In this document: positions 37,778-47,919 of the stretch, in pieces | Layout of the letters: each line of letters starts with the position of its first letter | Position numbering within the stretch: the stretch's first letter is position 1 | Notes under the pieces: model-generated | Told to the model about the DNA's origin: nothing | Databases searched by the model: none | What the model saw: the letters and a program-made list of their open reading frames with translations, nothing else | DNA from: Eubacteriales bacterium | Lineage (GTDB): Bacteria > Bacillota > Clostridia > Oscillospirales > CAG-272 | Length of the DNA: 64,000 nt | Assembly (NCBI GenBank): GCA_045577925.1 | Contig: JAZNJH010000031.1 | Span: 115,612-179,611, forward strand | Reading direction: 5' to 3' | Made by a program: the position numbers and the translations under genes

Positions 37778-40700
37778 ATGAGACTTATTTGCGATAATAT
37801 CAAATCAGAACGTGAGTATTCTGAATTTTTAAAAGCACGTGAAAGACTGAGCTACGAGCGTATGCGACCTGTTACTCTTACGGGACTCACGGACGGTGCC
37901 AGAGTATCATTTTACGCATCTGCGATAGACGATCTTTCGGGTGAATGCCCCCTTCCGCCGCTTATCATCGTCCCCGATGAAAAAGAAGCGCTCAAGGTAT
38001 CAAACGTTCTGACAGATTGCGGACTTGAACCGCTGACGTATCCCTTGAGGGATTTTAATTTTCATAACATTACAGCCTCCCATGGATATGAGCATGAGAG
38101 GCTTAAAGTGTTGTCTGAGCTGGCACTGTCCGGCACTTCGGGAGTTATTATTACAACTCCTGATGCCGCATTGCAGATGACCATGCCTCCGGACTATTTA
38201 AAAGAATGTACCATCAGGCTGTCTCTTGATGAGCCGTATGACAGAGACGAACTTATCCGACGTCTTCTTATGGGCGGATATGTACGCACTGAAATGGTGG
38301 ACGGCGTTGGACAGTTTGCCGTTCGCGGAAGCATTGTTGATATTTTTCCTCCGCTTTACGAGAGTCCTGTCAGAATCGATTTCTTTGATACGGATATAGA
38401 TCAGATCGGATATTTTGATCTCATAACTCAGAGAAAAACAGAAAACCTCGTATGCGCAACAATTCCGCCTGCAAGAGAACTTATAGCATCCGGTGAAAAG
38501 CGCGAAATAATAAAAAAGACACTTGAGTTACTTATAAGCAGGACAAATGACGAAAGAACCAGGCTTGAGCTTAATGAAGAGCTTGAATCTGTTAAGTCCG
38601 GGCAGGAGCTTGCCTTTATAGATAAGTTTTTGCCGCTTATATACGACGAAGAATATTGCTTGCTTGATTATTACGTAGACAAATCTTTAAATAAATCAAA
38701 AAGACCGCTCATTTTTATGCAGGAAAGCAACTCCTGCAGTGAGCGCGTAAAAGCATACGAATGGCATCTTGCGCAAGAACTAGTTTCTCTTGCGGAAACA
38801 TCAAGCATTTCTGCTTCTATCGGTATCTGGGCAAAATCACACGGCGATTTTGAAGAGTTCTGCGACATTTGCGGTTTTGTAGTTGTCGATACCTTTGCCG
38901 GCTCATCAGACAGACGAAGTGCAGGGCTGTTCACGTTTGACTCTAAGCAAACCGTCAATTATTGCGATAATTTTGAACTTTTATGCGACGATCTGTCCAC
39001 ATATATGAGCCGCTCATACAAGGCTGTCGTTCTCTGTGAAAACGATGCTGCCGCTAAAAGCATAAACTCTTCTCTTTTCGATGCCGGCTATAATTGTGTT
39101 CTTGTTGACTCTTCAAAAACATATGACTTGTTGAGCACAAAAACCGTTTATGTTGTAACAGGTACGGCTATTCCGGGATTTGAGCTTACAAGTACAAGAT
39201 TTGTCCTCATGAGTATGCTACCATCGGGCAGCTATTTAAAATCCGTACAGAATATAAATAAGCGCAAGAAAACCAAGCGTGAGCAGGAAAAGCAGATACT
39301 CTCATATACTGATCTGCATGAAGGCGACTATATCGTACACGTAAATTACGGTATAGGCAGATACGTTGGTATTCAGAAGCTCACAACAGACGGAGTTACA
39401 AAAGATTATATCAAGCTTCAGTATGCAGGAGAAGACACACTGTTCATACCAACCAACCAGCTTGATAACGTCACTAAATACATCGGTGCAAGAGCCGAGG
39501 ACGGCAACGTCAAGCTCTCAAAAATGGGAGGTGCCGACTGGTCTAAAGCTAAGGTGCGTGCCAAAACTGCCGCTAAGAGCATGGCAAAGGAGCTTATCAA
39601 GCTTTATGCCGAGCGTCAGTCGCGCGAGGGCTATGCTTTCAGTCCTGATGATGACGCTCAGTCACAGTTTGATTCAACGTTTGAGTACGAGGAAACAGAC
39701 GGACAGATATCGGCTATCGCAGACGTAAAGAGAGATATGCAAAGCAATGTTCCAATGGACAGACTCATATGCGGAGACGTTGGATACGGAAAGACAGAAA
39801 TCGCTCTGAGGGCTGCATTCAAAGCCGCTATGGACGGAAAGCAAACAGCTGTTTTAGTACCTACGACTATACTCGCATTTCAGCATTACCGTACATTCAT
39901 ATCGCGTATGCGAGGGTTCCCTGTAAAATGCGAGATGCTTTCAAGCTTCAGAAGCACAAAGCAAAACGAAGAAACATTGAAAAAACTCAGACGTGGTGAC
40001 GTTGATATTATTATCGGCACCCACAGGCTTATTTCAAAGGACGTTAAGTTCAAGGATCTTGGACTCGTTGTTATTGATGAAGAACAACGCTTCGGTGTTG
40101 CGCAAAAAGAAAGACTTAAAGAAATATCATCAAACGTCGATATACTGACTCTGACAGCAACACCTATTCCCCGTACTCTCAACATGGCAATGAGCGGAAT
40201 AAGAGATATGTCTATACTTGATGAAGCTCCGGGAGATCGCTTCCCTGTTCAGACGTACGTTCTTGAACATGACGAGATGATAATCCACGAGGCTATACGA
40301 AAAGAGCTTCGCCGCGGCGGACAGGTGTTCTACCTGCACAATAATATAGACAGTATCGCTACTACCGCAGGTGTTTTGCGCGCAGCTTTACCGGATGCCC
40401 GTATTGCAGTAGCGCATGGAAAAATGGATAAGGACCATATAAGCAATATATGGAGGGATCTCGTTAACGGCGACGTTGATATTTTGGTCAGCACCACGAT
40501 AATTGAAACCGGCGTTGACGTACCTAATGCTAACACGCTTATAATAGATAACGCCGACAAGCTCGGGCTCTCTCAGCTTCATCAGCTCAGAGGTCGAGTA
40601 GGCAGATCAAGCAGACGCGCGTATGCTTATTTCACATATCCGAAGGACAAGGCAATTTCAGAGATAGCAACCAAAAGGCTCTCCGCGCTCAAGGAATACA

Positions 40701-41335
40701 CCGAGTTTGGCGCAGGCTTTAAAATTGCTCTGCGTGACCTTGAGATAAGAGGTACCGGTAATCTGCTTGGTTCAGAGCAGCATGGGCACATGGACAGTAT
40801 CGGATATGATCTTTATATAAAAATATTAAACGAGGCTATACTCGAAGAAAAGGGCGAGGTAGCAAAACCTAAATTTGAGTGTTCGGTCGACGTTAATTTT
40901 GACGCATATATTCCCGAAAGATATATTAAAACAAGTACGGGAAGAATGGAAATGTATAAGAAGATCGCCCACATCGAAAACCGCGAAGATTTTGACGACG
41001 TTGGCGACGAGCTTGTGGACCGCTACGGTGATCCGCCAAAGCCTTGCATAAACCTCTTGTACGTTTCACTGATGCGTAACCTTGCGGCAAATGCAAGATT
41101 TACAAAAATCGAGCATCGGGGGAACATAATTACTCTGTTTCCCGAACACATTGATTTCAAAGCCTGGTCAGAAATAAGCGAAAAATATAAAGGTGTATTT
41201 TTGCTCTCGGCAAGCTCAAGGCCTACGGTTATATACCGCGAAAGAAAAAGCGACGATCCGCTTGAAATTATAACCGATATGCTTACTGATTACAACAAAC
41301 TCATTTTACAGGACAACAGCGAAAAGGAAGGATAA
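37778..41335 (+). CDS. mfd: Transcription-repair coupling factor
   Basis: UvrB-like N-terminus; RID (VHVNYGIGRY); GDVGYGKT, DEEQRFG and QLRGRVGR; TRCF domain. Confidence 0.98.
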   Translation: MRLICDNIKSEREYSEFLKARERLSYERMRPVTLTGLTDGARVSFYASAIDDLSGECPLPPLIIVPDEKEALKVSNVLTDCGLEPLTYPLRDFNFHNITASHGYEHERLKVLSELALSGTSGVIITTPDAALQMTMPPDYLKECTIRLSLDEPYDRDELIRRLLMGGYVRTEMVDGVGQFAVRGSIVDIFPPLYESPVRIDFFDTDIDQIGYFDLITQRKTENLVCATIPPARELIASGEKREIIKKTLELLISRTNDERTRLELNEELESVKSGQELAFIDKFLPLIYDEEYCLLDYYVDKSLNKSKRPLIFMQESNSCSERVKAYEWHLAQELVSLAETSSISASIGIWAKSHGDFEEFCDICGFVVVDTFAGSSDRRSAGLFTFDSKQTVNYCDNFELLCDDLSTYMSRSYKAVVLCENDAAAKSINSSLFDAGYNCVLVDSSKTYDLLSTKTVYVVTGTAIPGFELTSTRFVLMSMLPSGSYLKSVQNINKRKKTKREQEKQILSYTDLHEGDYIVHVNYGIGRYVGIQKLTTDGVTKDYIKLQYAGEDTLFIPTNQLDNVTKYIGARAEDGNVKLSKMGGADWSKAKVRAKTAAKSMAKELIKLYAERQSREGYAFSPDDDAQSQFDSTFEYEETDGQISAIADVKRDMQSNVPMDRLICGDVGYGKTEIALRAAFKAAMDGKQTAVLVPTTILAFQHYRTFISRMRGFPVKCEMLSSFRSTKQNEETLKKLRRGDVDIIIGTHRLISKDVKFKDLGLVVIDEEQRFGVAQKERLKEISSNVDILTLTATPIPRTLNMAMSGIRDMSILDEAPGDRFPVQTYVLEHDEMIIHEAIRKELRRGGQVFYLHNNIDSIATTAGVLRAALPDARIAVAHGKMDKDHISNIWRDLVNGDVDILVSTTIIETGVDVPNANTLIIDNADKLGLSQLHQLRGRVGRSSRRAYAYFTYPKDKAISEIATKRLSALKEYTEFGAGFKIALRDLEIRGTGNLLGSEQHGHMDSIGYDLYIKILNEAILEEKGEVAKPKFECSVDVNFDAYIPERYIKTSTGRMEMYKKIAHIENREDFDDVGDELVDRYGDPPKPCINLLYVSLMRNLAANARFTKIEHRGNIITLFPEHIDFKAWSEISEKYKGVFLLSASSRPTVIYRERKSDDPLEIITDMLTDYNKLILQDNSEKEG

Positions 41336-41339
41336 TAAC

Positions 41340-42431
41340 ATGTTTAAGAAAATTGTTTCGGTATTACTCGTAATTGTTATGCTTGCAGGCATTACTGCAT
41401 GCGGTAAAGATAATTATGCAATGAAGTATAATAATACAACTATTTCAGAAAACGAATATCTTTACTGGCTGTCTTCATATAAAGCGGTATTTTTAACATA
41501 CTACTTGAACAACAATGACTCACAGGAAGTCTGGAGCGCAGAGTTTAGCGACGGTATCACTGTTGAAAAGTTTTTGAGCGAGGTCGCAAAGGAAAATATA
41601 AAGAACAATATCGTTTGCATTGACCTTTTCGATTCTCTTGGGTTAAAGCTTGACAAAGACGCAATAAATGAGGCCGATACGTATATTAACTCACTCAAGG
41701 AAACTGCGGGAGGTACCGACGCGCTTAACAGCGACCTTTCTGCATACGGAGTTAACGATAAGATGTTAAAGGATATATACAAGGCAGATCTAAAGATAAA
41801 AGCGACACATGATGCGCTGTTTGCCGAAGGTGGAGAGCTTGAAGTAAGTGAAGAAGAGAAAAACGATTATTATGAAAAAAACTACGTTCGCGTTAAGCAT
41901 ATCTATATAAATAACGTCAAGGATTTCGCGCGCGACAGTGAGGGTGATCTTATAATCGACAGTGAAACCGGAACCTACAAAACACGCGATCTGACAGAAG
42001 CTGAAAAAGCAGAAAAGAACACGCTTGGTGAACTCATATACTCAAACGTGCTTGCAGGTGGTGACTTCGACAAACTTATGCAGGAAAATACTGCCGACAC
42101 CTATATGAACATATACAAGGATGGTTACTTTGTAACCAAAAATTCTGCTTTCCTTCCTACTGAACTTATTGAAAAAGCCTTTGAAATGACCGATGGCGAG
42201 GTTGCTAAAATAGACAGCGAGATCGGCATACACATAATCAAGCGCGAAAACCTTATAGACGGTGCATATGCTGATTCAAACAATGCCGTTTTCTTCTCGG
42301 AATTTGAGTCTACAATTAAGAACATGAAAATGTCCGAATACCTTTCTGCACTGACAGATGACGTTATCGTTAACGAAGACGTTATAGGGGCGTTTGACCT
42401 CAGAAGCTGCACGCCCAACTACTCTTATTAA
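41340..42431 (+). CDS. PrsA/SurA-like lipoprotein foldase (parvulin-type)
   Basis: Lipobox ITAC; VRVKHI, GGDFDKL and GIHIIK motifs; conserved position after mfd. Confidence 0.75.
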   Translation: MFKKIVSVLLVIVMLAGITACGKDNYAMKYNNTTISENEYLYWLSSYKAVFLTYYLNNNDSQEVWSAEFSDGITVEKFLSEVAKENIKNNIVCIDLFDSLGLKLDKDAINEADTYINSLKETAGGTDALNSDLSAYGVNDKMLKDIYKADLKIKATHDALFAEGGELEVSEEEKNDYYEKNYVRVKHIYINNVKDFARDSEGDLIIDSETGTYKTRDLTEAEKAEKNTLGELIYSNVLAGGDFDKLMQENTADTYMNIYKDGYFVTKNSAFLPTELIEKAFEMTDGEVAKIDSEIGIHIIKRENLIDGAYADSNNAVFFSEFESTIKNMKMSEYLSALTDDVIVNEDVIGAFDLRSCTPNYSY

Positions 42432-42456
42432 GTAAAGAGCATTACGGAGATTAAAT

Positions 42457-44682
42457 ATGAAAATTTTAATGACTCTTATGGGTCTCGAAATCGGCGGTGC
42501 AGAAACTCACGTTGTTGAGCTTGCGTGCGAGCTTAAACGTATGGGCCACACAGTTGTTGTATCATCATCAGGCGGTGTCTATGAAAAAGAACTTAACGAT
42601 AACTTAATAAAGCACGTAAAGCTACCGCTTGCAACCAAAGACCCTATCTCACTTATGCGCTCATACTTCGGGCTGAAAAGACTTATCAAGCAAGAGAAGT
42701 TTGATATAGTACACGCTCATGCAAGAATACCCGGAGTTATTTGCGGTATGCTTGCAAAAAAGCTTAAGTTCAAGTATATTACAACGGCGCACTATGATTT
42801 CAAGCTCAATCCGTTTTACAAAAAGGTTACAAACTGGGGTGAATATCAACTTGCAGTAAGCCACGATCTTAAAAATTACCTCATAGAGAACTATGCAGAA
42901 AATCCTGACAACATTTCGGTAACCATAAACGGTATTGATACCGACAAATTCACAAGTGATTTTGACAGTTCTGAAATATTTGATGAGTTTTCAATAAATA
43001 AAACTGCCAGGCGTGTCCTCTACGTCGGTCGTATAGATAAGGAAGTTGCTCACGCAGCTTTAAGACTTGCCGAAAATGCTTACAAAATTGCCCAACATCA
43101 TCCGGGCACTCAAGTTATCATTGTAGGCGGTGGATCTGCCTTCGACGAGCTTGAAGAATACGCGAACAGATCCAATATAATCGCAGGATACAAGTGCGTT
43201 ACCCTTACCGGTCCTCGTACTGACATATCTGCTTTCACGGCTATGTGTGACGTATTCGTAGGTGTATCGCGTGCCGCGCTTGAAGCTATGGCCGCAAAAA
43301 GACCTGTCGTACTTGCGGGTGCACAGGGCTATATGGGCATATTCGAAAAATCCAAGCTTGAAGTAGCACGCGCAAACAATTTCACATGCCGCGGCGAAAT
43401 AATTCCTGACGGGGATATGATCGTTAACGACGTATGCAATCTTTTAAGTTGTGATGGTGCTGTATTAAAATCACTTGGCGAATATAATCATGAAGTAGTC
43501 AAAAAATACTACTCTGTTTCAAAGATGGCAGGCGACTATCTGAAGGTTTACGAAAATTCCGGTTCCAGCCGTTATGAAAAAGCTGATGTAATTATCAGCG
43601 GATACTACGGGTTTTCAAACCTCGGCGACGACACTCTGCTTCGTTCGCTCATCGGCGCGCTCAGACGCGAAAAGCCTGATATAAAAATAACAGTTCTTTG
43701 CGCAAAACCAAAAGCAATGAGTTCACTCTATGGCGCAAGATGTATAAACAGATACAATATACCTGCTATAATAAGCGAAATGAGAAAAGCAAAAATCCTC
43801 ATAAACGGCGGCGGCAATCTTATTCAGGACGGAACAAGCAAGAAAAGCTTGTTATATTATACGAGCATAATGAAGCTTGCTAAAAAATGCGGACTTAAAA
43901 CCGTGCTCTATGCTAACGGCATAGGACCACTTTATAACAGTATCAGCCGCAAGCGTGCAAAAAACGCAATAGACAACTGCGACCATATAACGCTAAGAGA
44001 TCCCGATTCTATCGCGTTGCTTCAAGAAATTGGTTGTGAAGATGCTGCAAAAAAAGCAAAGATAAGCGCGGACCCTGCTTTCTGCAGACTCGAAAGCGAT
44101 CCCAAATGGATAAAATTCATTCTTGAGCGCGAAGGTCTTGATAAAGATGCCGGATACTTCATGGTATCCGTCAGAAGCGGAAATACTCTTTCAAAAGAAG
44201 ATTTTGACCAGAGAGTTTTAACCGAGATGACCAAAGCCATAACGTCAATCAGTGAAAAATATGCTCTTTGCCCGATATTCGTGCCGTTTCAAAGTAAAAT
44301 AGACGATGAAATGACAAAGGCGCTTTTTAATGCGACCGGCAAAGGTATAATTCTCTCAGATCTTAGAGCAAGCGAACTTTGCGGAATAATCGACATCTGT
44401 AAGTTCACGTTAAGCATGAGACTTCATCTCCTTATTTTCTCTGCATCTGAGGGCATACCTATGATAGGTCTGTCTTACGATAAAAAGGTTGATTCATTCT
44501 TGAATTATATAGACTCGCCAAATCTTTTAGATATAAGAAGCTTTAGGTGCAACGATATCATAAATATGGCAGACGATATAATGAAGAACTCAGAAAATAT
44601 AAAACTCGCTTTATCTGAAAAGTCTGAAAAATTCAGAGCGCTTGCAGAAAATGATGCAAAAGAAGTAATTAAGCTTTTATAA
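42457..44682 (+). CDS. csaB: GT4 glycosyltransferase fused to a CsaB-type polysaccharide pyruvyltransferase
   Basis: N-half GGAETH, HAH and ALEAMA; C-half ISGYYGFSNLGDD, GGGNLIQD, GIGP, TLRD, SADP, MRLH and YDKKV. Confidence 0.88.
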   Translation: MKILMTLMGLEIGGAETHVVELACELKRMGHTVVVSSSGGVYEKELNDNLIKHVKLPLATKDPISLMRSYFGLKRLIKQEKFDIVHAHARIPGVICGMLAKKLKFKYITTAHYDFKLNPFYKKVTNWGEYQLAVSHDLKNYLIENYAENPDNISVTINGIDTDKFTSDFDSSEIFDEFSINKTARRVLYVGRIDKEVAHAALRLAENAYKIAQHHPGTQVIIVGGGSAFDELEEYANRSNIIAGYKCVTLTGPRTDISAFTAMCDVFVGVSRAALEAMAAKRPVVLAGAQGYMGIFEKSKLEVARANNFTCRGEIIPDGDMIVNDVCNLLSCDGAVLKSLGEYNHEVVKKYYSVSKMAGDYLKVYENSGSSRYEKADVIISGYYGFSNLGDDTLLRSLIGALRREKPDIKITVLCAKPKAMSSLYGARCINRYNIPAIISEMRKAKILINGGGNLIQDGTSKKSLLYYTSIMKLAKKCGLKTVLYANGIGPLYNSISRKRAKNAIDNCDHITLRDPDSIALLQEIGCEDAAKKAKISADPAFCRLESDPKWIKFILEREGLDKDAGYFMVSVRSGNTLSKEDFDQRVLTEMTKAITSISEKYALCPIFVPFQSKIDDEMTKALFNATGKGIILSDLRASELCGIIDICKFTLSMRLHLLIFSASEGIPMIGLSYDKKVDSFLNYIDSPNLLDIRSFRCNDIINMADDIMKNSENIKLALSEKSEKFRALAENDAKEVIKLL

Positions 44683-44687
44683 AATCA

Positions 44688-44717
44688 GGCATGCACAACG
44701 AGAGTGTTGTGCATGCC
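44688..44717. terminator. Hairpin between convergent csaB and tepA
   Basis: ggcatgcacaac/gttgtgcatgcc 12-bp stem. Confidence 0.75.
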
Positions 44718-44721
44718 AATT

Positions 44722-45435
44722 TTATTTTTTGTATTCTTTTATCATATTGTGAAGCTCGTCAAGTGCATCGCCGAGTCCGCCGACCTTGTCAATCAGTCCG
44801 CATTCTACTGCAGCATAACCGTCTATTATACTTCCGATATCCGTTGCCATTTCGTCTGTGCGTGACATATACTCCGCAAGCTTTTCTTTAGTAATTTTGC
44901 TGTGAGCAGTAACAAACGAGCATATTCTCTCTTGCATTCTGAAAAGATACTCAAACGACTGCTCTACCCCGATAACGAGTCCGGTCGTACGAACAGGGTG
45001 AATCGTCATGGTCGCACTCGGTACGATAAAGGATTTTTTTGCAGATACCGCAAGCGGTACACCTATCGAGTGACCGCCGCCAAGCACAAGCGAAACGGTT
45101 GGCTTTCTCATTGTTGCAATAAGCTCTGAAATTGCAAGTCCTGCTTCAACGTCACCACCCTGAGTGTTCAGTACAACAAGCAGTCCGTCTATCTGTTCCC
45201 CCTCTTCTACTGCGGTCAAAAGCGGGATTATATGCTCGTATTTCGTCGCCTTCTGAGTATTGTCAAGAACGTAATGTCCCTCGATCTGACCTATTATGGT
45301 CAGGCAGTGTATGTTCATACCGTCAGAGCGTGTTGTAACACTGCCGCTCTTTTCAATATTGTCAAGCATATCTCCCGTTGATTTGCCGTTGTCAAAATCA
45401 CTCTTTATATCATTTTTGGAGTCAGTATTCATCAA
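44722..45435 (-). CDS. tepA: ClpP-like translocation-enhancing protein TepA (spore SASP-degrading YmfB family)
   Basis: IGQIEGH, TKYEHIIP, LNTQGGDVEAGLAI, GGGHSIGVP and HPVR motifs. Confidence 0.9.
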   Translation of the reverse strand: MMNTDSKNDIKSDFDNGKSTGDMLDNIEKSGSVTTRSDGMNIHCLTIIGQIEGHYVLDNTQKATKYEHIIPLLTAVEEGEQIDGLLVVLNTQGGDVEAGLAISELIATMRKPTVSLVLGGGHSIGVPLAVSAKKSFIVPSATMTIHPVRTTGLVIGVEQSFEYLFRMQERICSFVTAHSKITKEKLAEYMSRTDEMATDIGSIIDGYAAVECGLIDKVGGLGDALDELHNMIKEYKK

Positions 45436-45474
45436 AAATCCCCCGTTTCGGTCATTTTAATTAAAATTCTTTTA

Positions 45475-45504
45475 TAGTTTTTGCAAAATATGTGAGTTTA
45501 ATTC
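45475..45504 (-). promoter_or_regulatory. Putative forespore (sigma-F/sigma-G type) promoter of tepA
   Basis: GAATT-15 nt-GCAAAAACTA. Confidence 0.55.
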
Positions 45505-45555
45505 TTTACAAGTCGGATTTTTTGTAGTATAATATATCTGTTAAACTTTAAACAA
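45505..45555 (+). promoter_or_regulatory. Sigma-A promoter of the pduL operon with a Rex-like operator at the start site
   Basis: TTTACA-17-TATAAT (45505-45533); CTGTTAA-ACTT-TAAACAA (45538-45555) has 2 mismatches to TTGTTAA-N4-TTAACAA. Confidence 0.6.
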
Positions 45556-45573
45556 TTAAAGGATGGTCGAAAA

Positions 45574-46149
45574 ATGGACAACAAAATCTTAATTGAAACA
45601 TCGGCAAGACACGTTCATCTTACAGAAGAACACATCGAAATCCTTTTCGGTAAGGGTCACACTCTTACAAACAAAAAGGATCTCAGCCAGCCCGGTCAGT
45701 ACGCATGCGTAGAGCGCGTTAACCTCGTTGGCCCTAAGAAAGAAATCGCAGGCGTAAGTATTCTCGGTCCTGCAAGACCTGCTTCTCAGGTTGAAATTTC
45801 CTTCACAGATGCAAGAACACTCGGCGTTTCTGCTCCCGTTCGTGAAAGCGGCGACACAGCCGGCTCTGCTCCCGTTAAGCTCGTTGGTCCCGAAGGCGAA
45901 GTTGAGCTTACAGAAGGAGTTATCATTGCTAAGCGCCACATTCACCTTACTCCCGAAGATGCTGAAAAGTTCGGTGTTGCAGACAAAGAAATCGTATCCG
46001 TTAAAGTTACAAACAGCGACCGCAGCACAGTATTCGGCGACGTTGTTTGCCGTGTAAGCCCCAAGTTTGCAGCTGCTATGCATATCGACACAGACGAAGC
46101 AAATGCCGCTTGTGCTTTCGGTGAATGCTACGGCGAAATTATTAAGTAA
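45574..46149 (+). CDS. pduL: PduL-type phosphotransacylase
   Basis: SARHVHL, LSQPGQYA, VRESGD, AKRHIH and MHIDTDEANA motifs; no N-terminal encapsulation peptide. Confidence 0.93.
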   Translation: MDNKILIETSARHVHLTEEHIEILFGKGHTLTNKKDLSQPGQYACVERVNLVGPKKEIAGVSILGPARPASQVEISFTDARTLGVSAPVRESGDTAGSAPVKLVGPEGEVELTEGVIIAKRHIHLTPEDAEKFGVADKEIVSVKVTNSDRSTVFGDVVCRVSPKFAAAMHIDTDEANAACAFGECYGEIIK

Positions 46150-46191
46150 AATACAGGGTTAACCTGAAAATACATAAAGGAGATAAAAACA

Positions 46192-46884
46192 ATGATCTAT
46201 TCACATGAAGTTGAAAACATGTGTGTTGTTGCCAAGGGGCCTCACCACGGTCCCGCACCTATCCCGGAAGAGGGTAAGTGGGTACAGGCAAAGGAAATCA
46301 CCGACATTTCTGCTTATACACACGGTGTAGGCTGGTGTGCTCCTCAGCAGGGCGCATGCAAACTCTCACTCAACGTTAAGGACGGTATTATCGAAGAAGC
46401 ACTCGTTGAAACAATCGGTTGCTCGGGTATGACACACTCTGCGGCTATGGCTGCTGAGATCCTCCCCGGCAAGACACTTCTCGAAGCTCTTAACACAGAC
46501 CTCGTTTGCGATGCTATCAATACTGCCATGCGCGAACTCTTCTTACAGATAGTTTACGGCCGTTCACAGTCTGCTTTCTCTGAGGGTGGTCTCGTTATCG
46601 GAGCAGGCATGGAAGACCTCGGTAAGGGCGAGCGTTCCATGGTAGGTACAATGTACGGAACAAAGGCTAAGGGCGTTCGTTACCTCGAAATGACAGAGGG
46701 ATATTGCACAAGAATGGCACTTGACGCTGATAATCAGGTAATCGGTTACGAATTCGTATCACTCGGCAAAATGACCGACTTCATCAAGAAGGGCATGGAG
46801 CCTAACGAAGCATACGAAAAAGCTAAGGGTACATACGGCAGATTCGCAGACGCTGTTAAGTACATCGATCCTCGTAAAGAGTAA
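46192..46884 (+). CDS. IscU/NifU-N-like Cys-containing protein (usual partner of GGGtGRT)
   Basis: GWCAPQQGACKL, ETIGCSGMTHS and LNTDLVCDAIN motifs. Confidence 0.88.
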   Translation: MIYSHEVENMCVVAKGPHHGPAPIPEEGKWVQAKEITDISAYTHGVGWCAPQQGACKLSLNVKDGIIEEALVETIGCSGMTHSAAMAAEILPGKTLLEALNTDLVCDAINTAMRELFLQIVYGRSQSAFSEGGLVIGAGMEDLGKGERSMVGTMYGTKAKGVRYLEMTEGYCTRMALDADNQVIGYEFVSLGKMTDFIKKGMEPNEAYEKAKGTYGRFADAVKYIDPRKE

Positions 46885-46901
46885 TAAGGAGGTAATGTAT
46901 A

Positions 46902-47900
46902 ATGGCTAAATTTGAAGGTTACGAAAGACGCGAGGCGAAGATCCTCGCAGCACTTAAAGAATACGGAATTAACTCCATTGACGAATGCAAAGAGATCTGC
47001 GACGCTAAGGGAATCGACCCTTATAAGATCGTAGAAGAAACACAGCCCATCTGCTTTGAAAATGCAAAGTGGGCGTACACTGTTGGCGCAGCTATCGCAA
47101 TAAAGAAGGGCTGCACAAAAGCATCTGACGCCGCTGCCGCTATCGGTATCGGTCTTCAGTCATTCTGCATACCCGGTTCTGTTGCCGAAAACCGTAAGGT
47201 TGGTCTCGGTCACGGAAACCTCGGCGCAATGCTTCTCTCTGAGGAAACAGACTGCTTCTGCTTCCTTGCGGGTCACGAATCCTTTGCAGCTGCTGAAGGT
47301 GCTATCAAGATAGCTCTTAACGCTAACAAGGTAAGAGTTAAGCCTCTGCGCGTTATCCTTAACGGTCTCGGCAAGGACGCAGCTATGATCATTTCCAGAA
47401 TCAATGGCTTTACATACGTTCAGACACAGTTTGATCCTTATACTGAAGAAGTTAAGGTAGTTAAGGAAACTGCATACTCCACAGGCGACAGAGCAAAGGT
47501 TAAGTGCTACGGTGCAGACAGCGTTCCCGAGGGCGTTGCTATAATGAGACTCGAAAACGTTGGCGTTTCTATCACCGGTAACTCCACTAACCCCACACGC
47601 TTCCAGCACCCTGTTGCAGGAACATACAAGAAGTGGTGTAACGAAAACGGCAAGAAGTACTTCTCTGTTGCATCAGGCGGCGGTACAGGACGTACACTCC
47701 ACCCCGACAACATGGCAGCAGGCCCTGCTTCCTACGGTATGACAGATACAATGGGAAGAATGCACGGTGATGCGCAGTTCGCAGGTTCTTCATCAGTTCC
47801 GGCTCACGTAGAAATGATGGGACTCATCGGCGCAGGTAACAACCCTATGGTTGGTATGACCGTTGCTGTTGCAGTTGCTATCGAAGAAGCTTGCAAATAA
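46902..47900 (+). CDS. GGGtGRT family protein, function unknown
   Basis: Literal SVASGGGTGRTLHPDN motif; FLAGHESFAAAEG. Confidence 0.95.
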   Translation: MAKFEGYERREAKILAALKEYGINSIDECKEICDAKGIDPYKIVEETQPICFENAKWAYTVGAAIAIKKGCTKASDAAAAIGIGLQSFCIPGSVAENRKVGLGHGNLGAMLLSEETDCFCFLAGHESFAAAEGAIKIALNANKVRVKPLRVILNGLGKDAAMIISRINGFTYVQTQFDPYTEEVKVVKETAYSTGDRAKVKCYGADSVPEGVAIMRLENVGVSITGNSTNPTRFQHPVAGTYKKWCNENGKKYFSVASGGGTGRTLHPDNMAAGPASYGMTDTMGRMHGDAQFAGSSSVPAHVEMMGLIGAGNNPMVGMTVAVAVAIEEACK

Positions 47901-47919
47901 TTTAACCCCATACACATAC

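Noticed and set aside
45574-46149. Bacterial microcompartment (pdu/eut) locus
   Set aside because: No shell proteins or signature enzymes in the window, and PduL lacks an encapsulation peptide.
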